A stretch of 64,000 bases of DNA from an uncultured Acidobacteriota bacterium (GCA_963724725.1 CAVRVT010000001.1:942407-1006406); one strand, 5' to 3'. Counted from the stretch's first letter, positions 1-9,507 are shown. Program-made: numbers and translations. The notes: generated from the sequence alone by a model not told the origin.

Positions 1-81
1 GTCGCGGGTCGTGTCATCGGCCAGCGTCCGAATCACCAGGCTGACACTATAGCACGCCTAGTGTGCTATGCCGTGGATACG

Positions 82-984
82 TCAAGTGCGCCGCGAGTGG
101 CTCGCCGCGCATTTCAGCGCGGGCGCCGAAGACGAAGATGTGCGTCGGGCCACTTCGAGTCCAGCGACAATGAACGCGCACCCGAGCACACTCATCAAGT
201 TGGGCCGCGCACGGACGATGATCGATGCGAGCAGCACTTCTGCAACGAAGTGAATATACCCGAATACGACAACTCCTCCGGGCTCCGCATCATGTATGGC
301 CACGTCGAGAAACAGCAGGCTGAGCCATCCGGCCAACCCCATCCCGAAGAAGACCGCCCAGGTGAATGGAGTGGGTAATTTCCAGACCCAAGGCAGGATG
401 GCGGACATTGGAATGAGAGTAATGAGGCCCGAATAGAACACCGATGTCGTGGGCGGATCGACACGAAGACTTGCCGTCAGCGTCTGATAGCCCGTAAAAC
501 TGACGAGCGTCAAGACGGCCCAAAAGAGGCTGGCAACATTGTGCGAAACGCTCGGCTTCAGAATGAAGACTGTGCCCATCAAACAGATGGCGCAAGCCGC
601 CCACATCAGCGGCGGATACCGAACCCCCCTGAACTTCTGATCGAGCGCGATCACAAACAAGGGGGCGAACCACAAGGCCGCTCGCACGGTGTCAAGCCCC
701 ATGCCCGACGCGGCCAGCACTGCGGACACGGATGTGACGACCATCAGGATTCCGCGCCAGAACTGAACGTGGGGCCGTGTTGTTCGGAGGATCGCGATGC
801 CTCTCGCGGGTCCAAGGACAACGAGGGTCAGCAGAACGTGAAGGGCGTAGCGTCCCCACAGAACCTCGAAAATGGAGTAACCAGCCGGCATGAACCTGGA
901 GATCACGAGATAGGCTGCCCAAAATACCCCGAACAGCATCATGCAGATCATCGACCGCGTTCGCGTCGTCAAGCGCTCAGGCAC
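82..984 (-). CDS. DMT/EamA-like integral membrane transporter
   Basis: 300-aa ORF made almost entirely of hydrophobic helices in a two-fold EamA-like layout. The first codon is GTG at 984; an alternative ATG lies at 951. Confidence 0.7.
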   Translation of the reverse strand: MPERLTTRTRSMICMMLFGVFWAAYLVISRFMPAGYSIFEVLWGRYALHVLLTLVVLGPARGIAILRTTRPHVQFWRGILMVVTSVSAVLAASGMGLDTVRAALWFAPLFVIALDQKFRGVRYPPLMWAACAICLMGTVFILKPSVSHNVASLFWAVLTLVSFTGYQTLTASLRVDPPTTSVFYSGLITLIPMSAILPWVWKLPTPFTWAVFFGMGLAGWLSLLFLDVAIHDAEPGGVVVFGYIHFVAEVLLASIIVRARPNLMSVLGCAFIVAGLEVARRTSSSSAPALKCAASHSRRT

Positions 985-987
985 CTT

Positions 988-1412
988 TCACCATACTTCG
1001 CACGAGAAGCCGATGCGGATGAGGAACGGACGCCGATTGTAGTAGTTCACGGCGATCAAGTGCATCGGCAATCCGAGGAAAAGACAAGCGCCCATGGGCG
1101 TGAATCGGACAACCATGAAAGCCGCTCTCCCACCGCTTTGGTGAGTTGATGTCTGTTATGCAGGCCGACGACCCAGACACCATCGCGCAAGGTCCATTCC
1201 CCTGTGCCCACGGCATCCACGCGTCGATGCGGCGCGCCGAAATTCAGAACAAGGGGGACTTCGGTCGAGGGGATGTGCCGCTCCTGAAGCGGCATGCGAA
1301 GGTTGCTCGAACTCGCGAAGTATCCGTGGACATGGGCGCGAAGGCGGGGATCGGCCCGTCGTTGCACTGTCTGCCATTGGCCCAGTTCGGATTTGTGTTC
1401 GCCGGCTTCCAC
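988..1412 (-). pseudogene. Decayed remnant of an AraC-family regulator (N-terminal DUF6597-like domain only, multiple frameshifts, no HTH)
   Basis: Pieces of one N-terminal domain are spread over three minus-strand frames. These are HVHGYF..IPSTEVPLVLNFG..VVGLHNRHQL (ORF 1056-1412), AFMVVRFTPMGACLFLGLPMH (unlisted frame, stops at 988-990) and ALDRRELLQ (ORF 977-1216). The neighbouring transporter gene starts immediately after. Confidence 0.5.
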
Positions 1413-1499
1413 GAGGAAGGTTCCCCGTTCGATCGGAGGAACCGTGGCGCGACCACGAGCTGCGGTGTGGTGTTCTTGTTAGTCATAATAAGGAAATTC

Positions 1500-2570
1500 A
1501 TGAAGACGCTTCTGAATGCGGCCCTGCTGCTCACGCTGGCATCAGCCACGGCACGGGCCCAGATCAACGCGGGCGAGTTGAAACCGGAACCGGGCCTGCC
1601 CTTCACGATGACCGAGGTGGCGACGTTCAAGCTGCCCTGGCGAATTGCCTTTTTGCCCGATGGACGCATGCTCATCACCGAGAAAGTCGGCCCCGTCTGG
1701 CTCGTAGGTCAACAAGGGGAGAAGACGCCAGTCGACAACGTTCCGGAGGTCCTGTACCAGGGACAAGGCGGGGTGCTGTGGCGCCAGATGCCCAAGGGCC
1801 GGGGCGGACAGTTCGGCGCCCAGATCGCCTTTTCGCCTGACGGCAAGTACCTGTTTTTGACGGTCGGCGATCGACAGCGCATGACCCCCGCGCAGGATCC
1901 GAACCAGGCATTGGGCAAGATCCTGCGTCTGACACTCGACGGCAAGCCCGCACCGGGCAATCCGATGGCCGGCAAGATGGGCGAGGCGAGTGTTCCATTG
2001 ATTAATCCGCCGCGCGATACGGAAGTGGCCAAGACGGCGCCCGTCGTCAGTACCTACACGTTCGCCGAACCGAACCTGGCGCCGTCGGAGACCTGGAGCA
2101 GCGGTCATCGGACGCCCTACGGTCTGGCGTTCGCGCCGGACGGGCGGCTGTGGGAAGTGGAGCACGGCCCGCGGGGCGGCGACGAGCTGAACCTGATCGA
2201 GCCTCGAAAAAATTACGGCTGGCCGCTCGTGTCCTACGCGGTCAACTACAACGGCGTGCCGATCCCCAGTCCGGATACCCGATCAGATCTGACCAAACCG
2301 GTCATCTACTGGACGCCCATCATCGCGCCGGGCAATCTCGCGTTCTACAACGGCGCGATGTTCCCGCAGTGGCGGGGCTCCGCCCTGATGAGCGGGATTG
2401 CGACGCGGACCCTCAACCGCATCACGTTCGACGGCAAGGGCGGAGCCAAGCCCGCCGAACGCTGGGACGTCGGGCACCGCATTCGCGACGTGGAAGTCGG
2501 TCCCGACGGTGCGCTCTGGATGCTCGAGGACGCCAATCCCGGAGGGCTGTTCCGCGTGACGCCGAAGTAG
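1500..2570 (+). CDS. PQQ-dependent sugar dehydrogenase (soluble glucose/sorbosone dehydrogenase, YliI-like beta-propeller), secreted
   Basis: ATG at 1500 gives the signal peptide MKTLLNAALLLTLASATARA. Family motifs PWRIAFLPDGRMLITEK, GQGG, RQMPK, HGPRGGDELN and KNYGWP are present. The 474-aa track ORF from 1146 is an upstream over-extension. Confidence 0.85.
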   Translation: MKTLLNAALLLTLASATARAQINAGELKPEPGLPFTMTEVATFKLPWRIAFLPDGRMLITEKVGPVWLVGQQGEKTPVDNVPEVLYQGQGGVLWRQMPKGRGGQFGAQIAFSPDGKYLFLTVGDRQRMTPAQDPNQALGKILRLTLDGKPAPGNPMAGKMGEASVPLINPPRDTEVAKTAPVVSTYTFAEPNLAPSETWSSGHRTPYGLAFAPDGRLWEVEHGPRGGDELNLIEPRKNYGWPLVSYAVNYNGVPIPSPDTRSDLTKPVIYWTPIIAPGNLAFYNGAMFPQWRGSALMSGIATRTLNRITFDGKGGAKPAERWDVGHRIRDVEVGPDGALWMLEDANPGGLFRVTPK

Positions 2571-2581
2571 ACGGCGTTGAT

Positions 2582-3595
2582 TCAGGAGCCGGGCTGTTTC
2601 ACGTAGTTTGCCACCTGCTCCATGGTTGCAAACCACACCTCGCCCTTCGATTTGATGTAGGTGATCAGCCGATCGAGTTGCACGATGCGCGACCGCCGTC
2701 CGCCGACATGCGGATGCTGCGTGAGGATGAACATCGTCCGCTCCTGATAGGCGAGATCGAATTCGGCCTTGTAGATCGCGAACACCGCATCCGGCGAGGG
2801 GAGCGAGCCGTTCGCCGTTTCGCCGTAATACACGTAGTCGTTCCCGACCTCGCTGATCGGGAGTTCGATCACACCGCTCGGCTGCCCGTTCGAGACGATC
2901 TCGTAGGGTTCGTCTGCGGCGAGCAGACTGCTGTCGTAGAGGAAGCCGGCCCTGCGGATCAGATCGAACGTCTGCGGACTAAACCCGGAACCCGGCGCGC
3001 GGACGCCCACCGGACGCTTCCCGGTCGCCTTCGTCAGATAGTCGATGGACTGGCCGAGCAACCGCTGCTCCTTCGCCGCGTCTCCGATACCGGGCCAGAA
3101 TTCGTGGACCCATCCATGGACGCCGATTTCATGACGATGCCGCGACACGATCGCCGGCACCATCTCCGGGTGGAGCATGACGCCCATCGCGGGAATGAAA
3201 AAAGTCGCCGGCACCTGGTGTCGATCGAGGAGATCGAGAATCCGCGGCACGGACGTCGTCGCCCCGTATTCGCCGACTGACAAGGGCACGGGCAGAGGAT
3301 TTGCTCGTTGCAGCAATTCATTGTCGACATCGAAGGAGAGACAGACGGCGACCCGCGCGCCGTTGGGCCAGGACCTGGGCGTGAGCTTTCTGCCGACCCT
3401 CGCCGTCCCGACTGCCTGCCGAATCTGTTCCTCGGTGGAATCGACGGTGATCGGATTCACGGCGCCCGATGGCTGCTCGTGTGACGACTGCGCGGGCTGG
3501 GCGCTTGGCGAACTGCAACCGGGCAGCAATCCAAACAGCAATCCGAGCAGTAGGACCGGGACAGCGCACGTGTGTCGCCTGCGTGAAGCATCCAT
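2582..3595 (-). CDS. Polysaccharide deacetylase (NodB-homology) family lipoprotein
   Basis: Lipobox-like LLPGCSS at the N-terminus. NodB-type stretch VAVCLSFDVDNE..ATFFIP..HEIGVHGW. Confidence 0.8.
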   Translation of the reverse strand: MDASRRRHTCAVPVLLLGLLFGLLPGCSSPSAQPAQSSHEQPSGAVNPITVDSTEEQIRQAVGTARVGRKLTPRSWPNGARVAVCLSFDVDNELLQRANPLPVPLSVGEYGATTSVPRILDLLDRHQVPATFFIPAMGVMLHPEMVPAIVSRHRHEIGVHGWVHEFWPGIGDAAKEQRLLGQSIDYLTKATGKRPVGVRAPGSGFSPQTFDLIRRAGFLYDSSLLAADEPYEIVSNGQPSGVIELPISEVGNDYVYYGETANGSLPSPDAVFAIYKAEFDLAYQERTMFILTQHPHVGGRRSRIVQLDRLITYIKSKGEVWFATMEQVANYVKQPGS

Positions 3596-3616
3596 GCTCG
3601 TCTCCCTCGCTCGCCG

Positions 3617-5101
3617 CTACTGCACGCGATCGATCCAGCCGTCGCCGATGTAGATTCGCGTCGGCCTGCCTGTCTCCTCCACGAAACGCACCACCTCCCC
3701 AACCGCGCCGCCGCCCGTGGGCGCGACGAATCGGAAGCGCCCGCCGCCGAGCGGTTCCAGTGTGACCGGGTTGTCCACGTTCGGCGCGTTGGGCGTGATG
3801 ATCACGAGTTTCTGATTGAGTAGCACGACATTCGAATCTCCTCCGCGCCCGCGGTAGAGTCCCGCGAAGCGCGCCCACGCCGGGTCCCACGCCACGGTCG
3901 GCGGCTTCGACGCCGACGCTTTGGCCACAGCCTGTCCGACGGTGGCCATCAACTGCCGCGCGATGTCGAACGGGTTGGAGTCGTTGGTGTTCGTGAGAAC
4001 GACGACGCCCACTTTGTCGTCGAGTTGAATGAGCGTCTCGGTCGTGTTGCCGGGATAGCCGCCGCCATGCCCGACGTACGTCCTGTCTTTGATGCGGTTG
4101 ATGTCGAAGCCGAGGCCCGTCCCCGAGGTCCAGTTCTCTTCAACGGAGCGCACGCGATGCATCTCGCGCAGCGATCCGGTGCTCACGACCTGCACCCCGC
4201 CGCGCGGGCCTCTGCGGAACTGGGCCGAGACGAACTTCGCCATGTCTTCGAGGTTCGACGTCACGCCCGTCGCTGCCGCCATTCCGCGCGCGTCGACGAA
4301 GGGAAGCACCTCGCGGGTTCCGTCCGGCATGCGTCGCCCGTACGGCACGGCGAGCCCCGGCACATTCTTGTCCACGCTGGAGGCGAGCATCCCCAAGGGC
4401 TTGAAGACGTTGTGATCCACGTAGTCGGCCCACGGCTCGCCGCTGACCTGCTCGATGATCATCCCCGCGACGGTGTAGGCCAGGTTGGAGTACTTCCACC
4501 GTACCGACGGCGCGAACGCCGCCTGCCGATCGGCGTAGAGGTGACGGAGCTCGCCGGCCGTCGGGAACTCGAACGAGGTCCAATGGTCCCCGGCTTCGCG
4601 CTGCAGGCCCGAGCTGTGTGAGAGAAGCTGCTCGATCGTGATCGGCCCGTCGTCGTCTCCGGCAGGTTTGGCCTTGAACCATGTGAGGTACTTCGCGACC
4701 GGGTCGTCGAGGCGCAGCTTGCCCTCCTCACGCAGCTGCATGATCGCGATGGCGGTGAACAGCTTGCTGTGCGACGCCATGCGGAACTTCGTCGTCGGCG
4801 TCATCGGCAGCTTCGCGTTGATGTCGGCGAACCCGAAGCCCTTGGCCCAGACGAGTTCCTGATCGCTCACGACGCCGACGACGATGCCGGGGAGTCCTCG
4901 ATACGCAATTTGTCCTTCCATCCACGCCGAAAACAACCGCTCGGTGCCGAGAACGTCGGGGTCACCAGCAACCGCTGCGCGAGCGGTGGCAGGCTGTCCC
5001 GCCGGTGTGGATGCGCCCGGCATGGCCGCGGCGCACGTGAAGGCGACGACGGCGATGCCCAGCGCCAGAGGCGTACGCGAGGATGGAAGCAGGCGGTACA
5101 T
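3617..5101 (-). CDS. Serine hydrolase, beta-lactamase/transpeptidase-like (class C family) with C-terminal extension
   Basis: SxxK motif (ASHSKLF) and signal peptide from ATG at 5101 (MYRLLPSSRTPLALGIAVVAF). The upstream 39 codons of the track ORF are unlikely to be coding. Confidence 0.8.
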   Translation of the reverse strand: MYRLLPSSRTPLALGIAVVAFTCAAAMPGASTPAGQPATARAAVAGDPDVLGTERLFSAWMEGQIAYRGLPGIVVGVVSDQELVWAKGFGFADINAKLPMTPTTKFRMASHSKLFTAIAIMQLREEGKLRLDDPVAKYLTWFKAKPAGDDDGPITIEQLLSHSSGLQREAGDHWTSFEFPTAGELRHLYADRQAAFAPSVRWKYSNLAYTVAGMIIEQVSGEPWADYVDHNVFKPLGMLASSVDKNVPGLAVPYGRRMPDGTREVLPFVDARGMAAATGVTSNLEDMAKFVSAQFRRGPRGGVQVVSTGSLREMHRVRSVEENWTSGTGLGFDINRIKDRTYVGHGGGYPGNTTETLIQLDDKVGVVVLTNTNDSNPFDIARQLMATVGQAVAKASASKPPTVAWDPAWARFAGLYRGRGGDSNVVLLNQKLVIITPNAPNVDNPVTLEPLGGGRFRFVAPTGGGAVGEVVRFVEETGRPTRIYIGDGWIDRVQ

Positions 5102-5231
5102 GGAGCCTCCCTGATGGTTGGATGCGAAGTACGCGCAAGCCTCTCGCAAGCTGCCGACGACGTCAAGGTGACAAAGGCGATGCCGGGTGTAGGATGGCGC
5201 CACAGGTTTGGAGTTCAAACGGAGGGCTCGA

Positions 5232-5879
5232 ATGAACGGTCTGATGCGATTCCCACAGCTCTTTGGCGCATTCGCGCTGATCGGTGCGTCCAGCCTGCAG
5301 GCTCAGAATCCTGCCGCTCCGGCCGCCATGACGCCGCGGCTCGACTCACCGCAGGCGAGCGTGATTGTTGCAACTCTCCAGCCGCGGACGCCTGCCATCG
5401 CGAAGAACGGACATGCCACGAATCGTGTGCTGATCTACCTCGACGATGGTGTGATGACCCGCAAGGAAGGCGACCAGTCGACCACGATCGAATTCCGCCG
5501 GGGGGATGTTCGCTGGCGGCCGGCGAGCGGCGCGTACGTCGCCGAAAACATCAGCGACCACCCGATTCGCATTCTCGAGATTGACCTGAAAGGCCCGCCT
5601 GCTGGCAAAGCACCGGCGACTCCACTCGATCCGGCGACGGTCGATCCCCAGCATTACAAGGTCGCGTTCGAGAACGAGTCGGTGCGCGTGCTCCGCATCC
5701 ATTTCGGCGCTCATGAGAAGGGCGGGACGCACGAGCATATCCTGAACCGGGTTGTCGTCTACCTGAATGACCAGCCCGGAGCGAAGGCAGACGACGTTCG
5801 CATGGCGGGTGCCGCGACGCACGCCGAGGAGAACGCGTCCGGAGTGCCGGCCGACCGAATTGCGGTCGAGCTGAAGTGA
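5232..5879 (+). CDS. Secreted two-domain cupin-like protein (hypothetical)
   Basis: GGAGGG lies 6 nt upstream of ATG 5232, followed by a signal peptide. It has two beta-rich halves with an HEH/HTH-type cupin-like stretch (GGTHEHILNRVVVYL). It is a paralog of 59975-60592. Confidence 0.6.
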   Translation: MNGLMRFPQLFGAFALIGASSLQAQNPAAPAAMTPRLDSPQASVIVATLQPRTPAIAKNGHATNRVLIYLDDGVMTRKEGDQSTTIEFRRGDVRWRPASGAYVAENISDHPIRILEIDLKGPPAGKAPATPLDPATVDPQHYKVAFENESVRVLRIHFGAHEKGGTHEHILNRVVVYLNDQPGAKADDVRMAGAATHAEENASGVPADRIAVELK

Positions 5880-7216
5880 CATCCCAGCGGGCGCTCGCCG
5901 GGCTGTTGATGGTCATAGCCACCTGGGCCGCCTGCGGCACGGCGGCGGCCCAGGAGTTTGCCGGGCGGGAGAAGTTGCGCGCCCATTCAGCCGAGTTCCG
6001 GCGGGAGGTAATCAAGGTCACCAACGGCGTGTGGGTCGCCGTCGGCTTCTCCGACGCCAACTCGGTGTTGATCGAAGGCGAGGGCGGGTCGATCGTGGTC
6101 GACACGACCAGCGACGTGGAAGATGCCAAAGCGGTGAAGGCCGAGTTCGCGAAGCTCTCCACCGCACCGGTCCGCGCCATCATCTACACACATGCGCATC
6201 CTGACCACACCGGCGGCGGCGGCGTGTTCGCCGGAAACGATCATCCCGAGATCCTCGCTCACCGGCTCTTTGTGGACCGCGTCCCGGACGTGGGCCGCAA
6301 CGGGCGCGACGGGGGCGATCAGTTCGGCTCCACCTTGCCGGAGGCGCTGTTCATCAATGCGGGCACAGGGCTGGAGTTCGGACGACATCCTGCTCCAACC
6401 GCCTACGTCGCTCCGACGCGAACGTTCAGCGGAGACCGGCTGGAGCTGACCATCGCGGGCGTTCGCCTGCAGCTGCTCCACACGCCGGGAGAGACGCGCG
6501 AAAACGTGGCCGTCTGGCTACCCGACAGGCGCGTTCTGCTTCCGGGCGACGACTTCTACAAGTCCTTCCCGGCCCTCTATGCAATACGCGGTGCACGCCT
6601 GCGTCCGATCGACCAGTGGATCGCGAGCCTCGGCCTGATGGTCGATCTCGGTGCCGATTACCTGGTCCCGGGACACACGCGGCCTGTGATCGGGAGCGCC
6701 AACGTGCGCGCGGCGCTGACCATGTACCGCGACGGCATCAAGTCGGTACTCGACCAGACCCTGGAGGGGATGAAGAGAGGCGAGCGACCGGATGAACTGG
6801 TGCAGCACGTCACACTCCCGCGCTTGCTGGCCGACAGCCCCTACCTGCAGGAATTCTACGGAACCGTGGCCTGGTCGGTGCGCGCCGTCTACGCCGATTA
6901 TGCAGGGTGGTTCGATGGCAACCCGACGAAGCTCTTCCCGCTGCCCGAAAGGGACCGGGCGGCCCGGGTCATCGAGCTGGCCGGCGGTCGCGAACAGGTG
7001 CTGTCGCGGGCGCGTCGCGCCCTGGCCGACAAAGACTTCCAGTGGGCCGCCGAGCTGTCCGACTACGTGCTGGCGATCGACGACAGAAATGTCGAGGCGA
7101 AGCGGCTGAAAGCGGCGGCGCTCAGCGAACTCGGCGAGCGGCAGCTCAGCGCGATCGCGCGGAACTATTACCTGTCCGCCGCCCAGTATCTGCTGCGCGA
7201 CCTACCCGCCCGCTGA
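5876..7216 (+). CDS. MBL-fold hydrolase with alkyl-sulfatase-type dimerisation domain (SdsA1/BDS1-like, lacks SCP2 tail)
   Basis: HxHxDH motif (YTHAHPDHTGG). The helical C-terminal part resembles the alkyl sulfatase dimerisation domain. The GTG start overlaps the upstream stop (GTGA). Confidence 0.7.
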   Translation: MTSQRALAGLLMVIATWAACGTAAAQEFAGREKLRAHSAEFRREVIKVTNGVWVAVGFSDANSVLIEGEGGSIVVDTTSDVEDAKAVKAEFAKLSTAPVRAIIYTHAHPDHTGGGGVFAGNDHPEILAHRLFVDRVPDVGRNGRDGGDQFGSTLPEALFINAGTGLEFGRHPAPTAYVAPTRTFSGDRLELTIAGVRLQLLHTPGETRENVAVWLPDRRVLLPGDDFYKSFPALYAIRGARLRPIDQWIASLGLMVDLGADYLVPGHTRPVIGSANVRAALTMYRDGIKSVLDQTLEGMKRGERPDELVQHVTLPRLLADSPYLQEFYGTVAWSVRAVYADYAGWFDGNPTKLFPLPERDRAARVIELAGGREQVLSRARRALADKDFQWAAELSDYVLAIDDRNVEAKRLKAAALSELGERQLSAIARNYYLSAAQYLLRDLPAR

Positions 7217-7270
7217 GGAACGAGCGATGGCGCTCTGCGAATCTCGTCGCCTCGGGAACCGGGCTCGGGA

Positions 7271-7471
7271 TCAATCTGAAGCGCTGACCGGGCGAACCTG
7301 GGTCGCCGAAAGGTTCTTGCCAGGCTCGAAGGCGACAGTCGTTCCTTCCGTCAGGTCGTGGAACCACACACCGCGCACGTCCGTGCGTCGAAACGTATAG
7401 CTCTTGCGGTCCTCGCCGAGAAGCGTTCCCACTCCTCGGTCCCGCTGGAGTTGCATGATGGTGCCGTTCAC
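7271..7471 (-). CDS. Small cold-shock-domain-like protein (hypothetical)
   Basis: 66-aa ORF with a CSD-like pattern (RGVGTLLGEDRKSYTF..L.EGTTVAFE). The start is GTG at 7471 or ATG at 7456. A 21-codon upstream ORF overlaps it by GTGA. Confidence 0.4.
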   Translation of the reverse strand: MNGTIMQLQRDRGVGTLLGEDRKSYTFRRTDVRGVWFHDLTEGTTVAFEPGKNLSATQVRPVSASD

Positions 7472-7600
7472 ACGTCGTGTCCCACCTGGCGGGTTTCCTG
7501 GATGCCGTCTTCATAGGGATCGATAGTGACCATGTGCCGTTCCTCGTTCCGAACTCTACTCCCACTCAGTGTCGAGGCAACATAGGACTTGCCTTGCTTC

Positions 7601-8461
7601 TTACGAGGTCGTCGCCCTCCGCGCCGCCGCCAGCCCGACGTCATTGATCAGGCGGTGGCTCGCCAGACGCGCCGCGGATTCGGCATCGTGTGTCGGCAGG
7701 TACACCATCGGACGATCCCGGGCGAGATGCCTGATTGCGCAGAGCGTTGCAGCGGCCACATCGTCGTCGGCGCTGACACCGTCGACCCGGCCGGTGAGCA
7801 TCCGTTGCTGATCATACGAAGTGTCGCCGGCCAGAAAGTACGTCGTCCCCTGATTCTCAATCACAACGGAGATGTGATCAGCCGTGTGCCCGGGAGTCGC
7901 CACCGCGACCACGTCACCCGCCGCGGTCAATCGCTTGCTCGCCGCGAAGGGACCGAAGGTTTCGGGAGCGAGATCGAGCGGGACCGGATCAAACCACGAT
8001 GGCCATCGATTTGGCAGGTATCCACGCATGCGGCCCATCCATCCGCTTGCCGTTCGGAGTTCGCCGCGGGACACAAGAATCTCGGTCTGTGGGAAATGTG
8101 CCAGGCCACCATCGTGGTCTGCGTGCAAGTGGGTGAGGACGACACGTTTCACATCTCGCTGCCCGATGCCAAGGGCGCGTAACTGCGGACCGATTTCCTC
8201 ATCACGCTCGATTCGAAATGTCACTTCCCATCGCATGTAGGGATGCAGGGACTTGCCGGTCTCGAGCAGGTGTGTCCCCTGGCCGGTATCGACCACGATC
8301 ACACCCTCCGGATGGTCGATGACCCAGGCATACGTAGGAAGCCATCCGGTCCAGTGCCGGTCGGAGAATACGCCGAGCCGTCGTCGCAGGCCGCGCCCTC
8401 GTCCTTCGACCTGCGCGGTCTTGATCCGGACGGAGCCGGTTTGGATCGAGTGGAGCTTCAT
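7601..8461 (-). CDS. MBL-fold metallo-hydrolase (AHL-lactonase-like)
   Basis: HxHxDH motif (THLHADHDGG) plus downstream His/Asp ligand positions. There is a 4-nt overlap with the upstream hydrolase gene. Confidence 0.8.
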   Translation of the reverse strand: MKLHSIQTGSVRIKTAQVEGRGRGLRRRLGVFSDRHWTGWLPTYAWVIDHPEGVIVVDTGQGTHLLETGKSLHPYMRWEVTFRIERDEEIGPQLRALGIGQRDVKRVVLTHLHADHDGGLAHFPQTEILVSRGELRTASGWMGRMRGYLPNRWPSWFDPVPLDLAPETFGPFAASKRLTAAGDVVAVATPGHTADHISVVIENQGTTYFLAGDTSYDQQRMLTGRVDGVSADDDVAAATLCAIRHLARDRPMVYLPTHDAESAARLASHRLINDVGLAAARRATTS

Positions 8462-9399
8462 GCGTTCACCGCGATCGATCGCACGATGTCCGGCTGATCG
8501 AAATGCACCATGTGGCCGGCATCTGGCACACGGAGTACCGTACTGTTCGGAGCCGCAATTGCTGCCGGCAATTCTGTCACCACAGAGACCGAGGTCAGCG
8601 CGTCTTGTTCACCGAAGACGTAGTGAACAGGAACCGTCACGCGTGGCGGATGAGCAAAAAGATCCAGCGCGGCTATCTCGGGCAGGAGCTTGCATTGGAC
8701 GGCATTCATGTTGCGCAGAGCCCTCACACCACCGACAACGCCGTAGGTGCGAATCAGGCCGAACAGCAGTTCCCGGAGCAGGCCGCTGAAGCTCTTGTCG
8801 CGCTCGATTGTTCCGAGATCTGCCAATAGGCGGGCGCGCCGTTGGAATTCGGCCAGATTCAGGTACGGCGGCCGTCCAAGTTCCATGACCCTTCGGCGCA
8901 CCCGGCGGCGGTCGGCACGAAGCGCCTGCTCCTGGAGAAATGCGTAGGCGCCGGCATCGCTGCTGGCAGTCTGCAAATCAGGGGATATGGCGAGGACCGA
9001 CGTCAGGCGATCGGACTCATGCTCGACGGCTTGCAGGACGATCGTTGCGCCCCACGAGATGCCGAAAATCAGGACGCGTTGCTGTGTCTCGGCGTGCAAC
9101 CACCGCAGGATAGTCCGCAGATCCTCGACCTGCTGTGGCAGGCACACGCGTTGTGCGTCGTTCTGTGACGTGTTGCCGCATCCCCGTTGCTCCCAGTACC
9201 CGACGAGAAAGTCGTTCTCCAGATTCAGGAGTCGCTGAAACTTCGCGACTTCATGCAGCAGCGGCAGGCCCGGGCCGCCCTGGACGATCAAAAGCGGAGG
9301 GAGCCCAGAACGTGCGGCGCAGAGACGGATACTTTGGCGAGAGCCGTTGATATCCAGCGTGATGGTCTTGTCGATGGCCAGCGGTGCTCTGGTCGTCAT
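8458..9399 (-). CDS. Alpha/beta hydrolase (proline-iminopeptidase-like)
   Basis: GxSxG nucleophile elbow (GISWGA) and HGGPG-like stretch (VQGGPGLP). The start is taken at MTTRAPL (9399); the track ORF extends to 9483 and would run into the operator palindrome. Confidence 0.75.
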   Translation of the reverse strand: MTTRAPLAIDKTITLDINGSRQSIRLCAARSGLPPLLIVQGGPGLPLLHEVAKFQRLLNLENDFLVGYWEQRGCGNTSQNDAQRVCLPQQVEDLRTILRWLHAETQQRVLIFGISWGATIVLQAVEHESDRLTSVLAISPDLQTASSDAGAYAFLQEQALRADRRRVRRRVMELGRPPYLNLAEFQRRARLLADLGTIERDKSFSGLLRELLFGLIRTYGVVGGVRALRNMNAVQCKLLPEIAALDLFAHPPRVTVPVHYVFGEQDALTSVSVVTELPAAIAAPNSTVLRVPDAGHMVHFDQPDIVRSIAVNA

Positions 9400-9475
9400 G
9401 GTCGCTACAACTCCTGGATGCGGTGTGACTGGCACGAGCAGTGCGACGTCCAGCCTCCATCGATTCGTACGTAGA

Positions 9476-9491
9476 GTTAGCATGTGCTAAC
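9476..9491. promoter_or_regulatory. Putative TetR operator, copy 1 (GTTAGCATGTGCTAAC)
   Basis: Inverted repeat of two perfectly complementary 6-bp arms (GTTAGC/GCTAAC) around a 4-bp spacer. It lies about 77 nt upstream of the hydrolase operon start. A near-identical copy lies at 10119-10134. Confidence 0.6.
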
Positions 9492-9507
9492 CTATGAGCC
9501 AAAAAAA

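Noticed and set aside
48-68. Inverted repeat ATAGCAC-n7-GTGCTAT downstream of the DMT transporter gene
   Set aside because: It could be a weak terminator or a binding site. It has only 7-bp arms, no U-tract and no second copy in the window, so the support is too weak to annotate.
1146-1499. N-terminal 118 codons of the 474-aa dehydrogenase ORF
   Set aside because: They have no similarity to the family and are antisense to the AraC remnant. A signal peptide begins at ATG 1500.
2150-3280. 376-aa plus-strand ORF. The same pattern applies to 31708-32847, 33119-34120, 38622-39725, 45661-46749, 48608-49681, 51784-53169 and 55788-56843.
   Set aside because: All are antisense or out of frame relative to genes with clear family motifs. 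All are strongly Arg-rich, as expected for non-coding frames in high-GC DNA.
9476-9491. Palindrome as the tetR transcription terminator
   Set aside because: The stem is only 6 bp, and the T-run lies before rather than after it in the tetR transcript. A near-identical copy sits in the tetR promoter, which fits an operator better.
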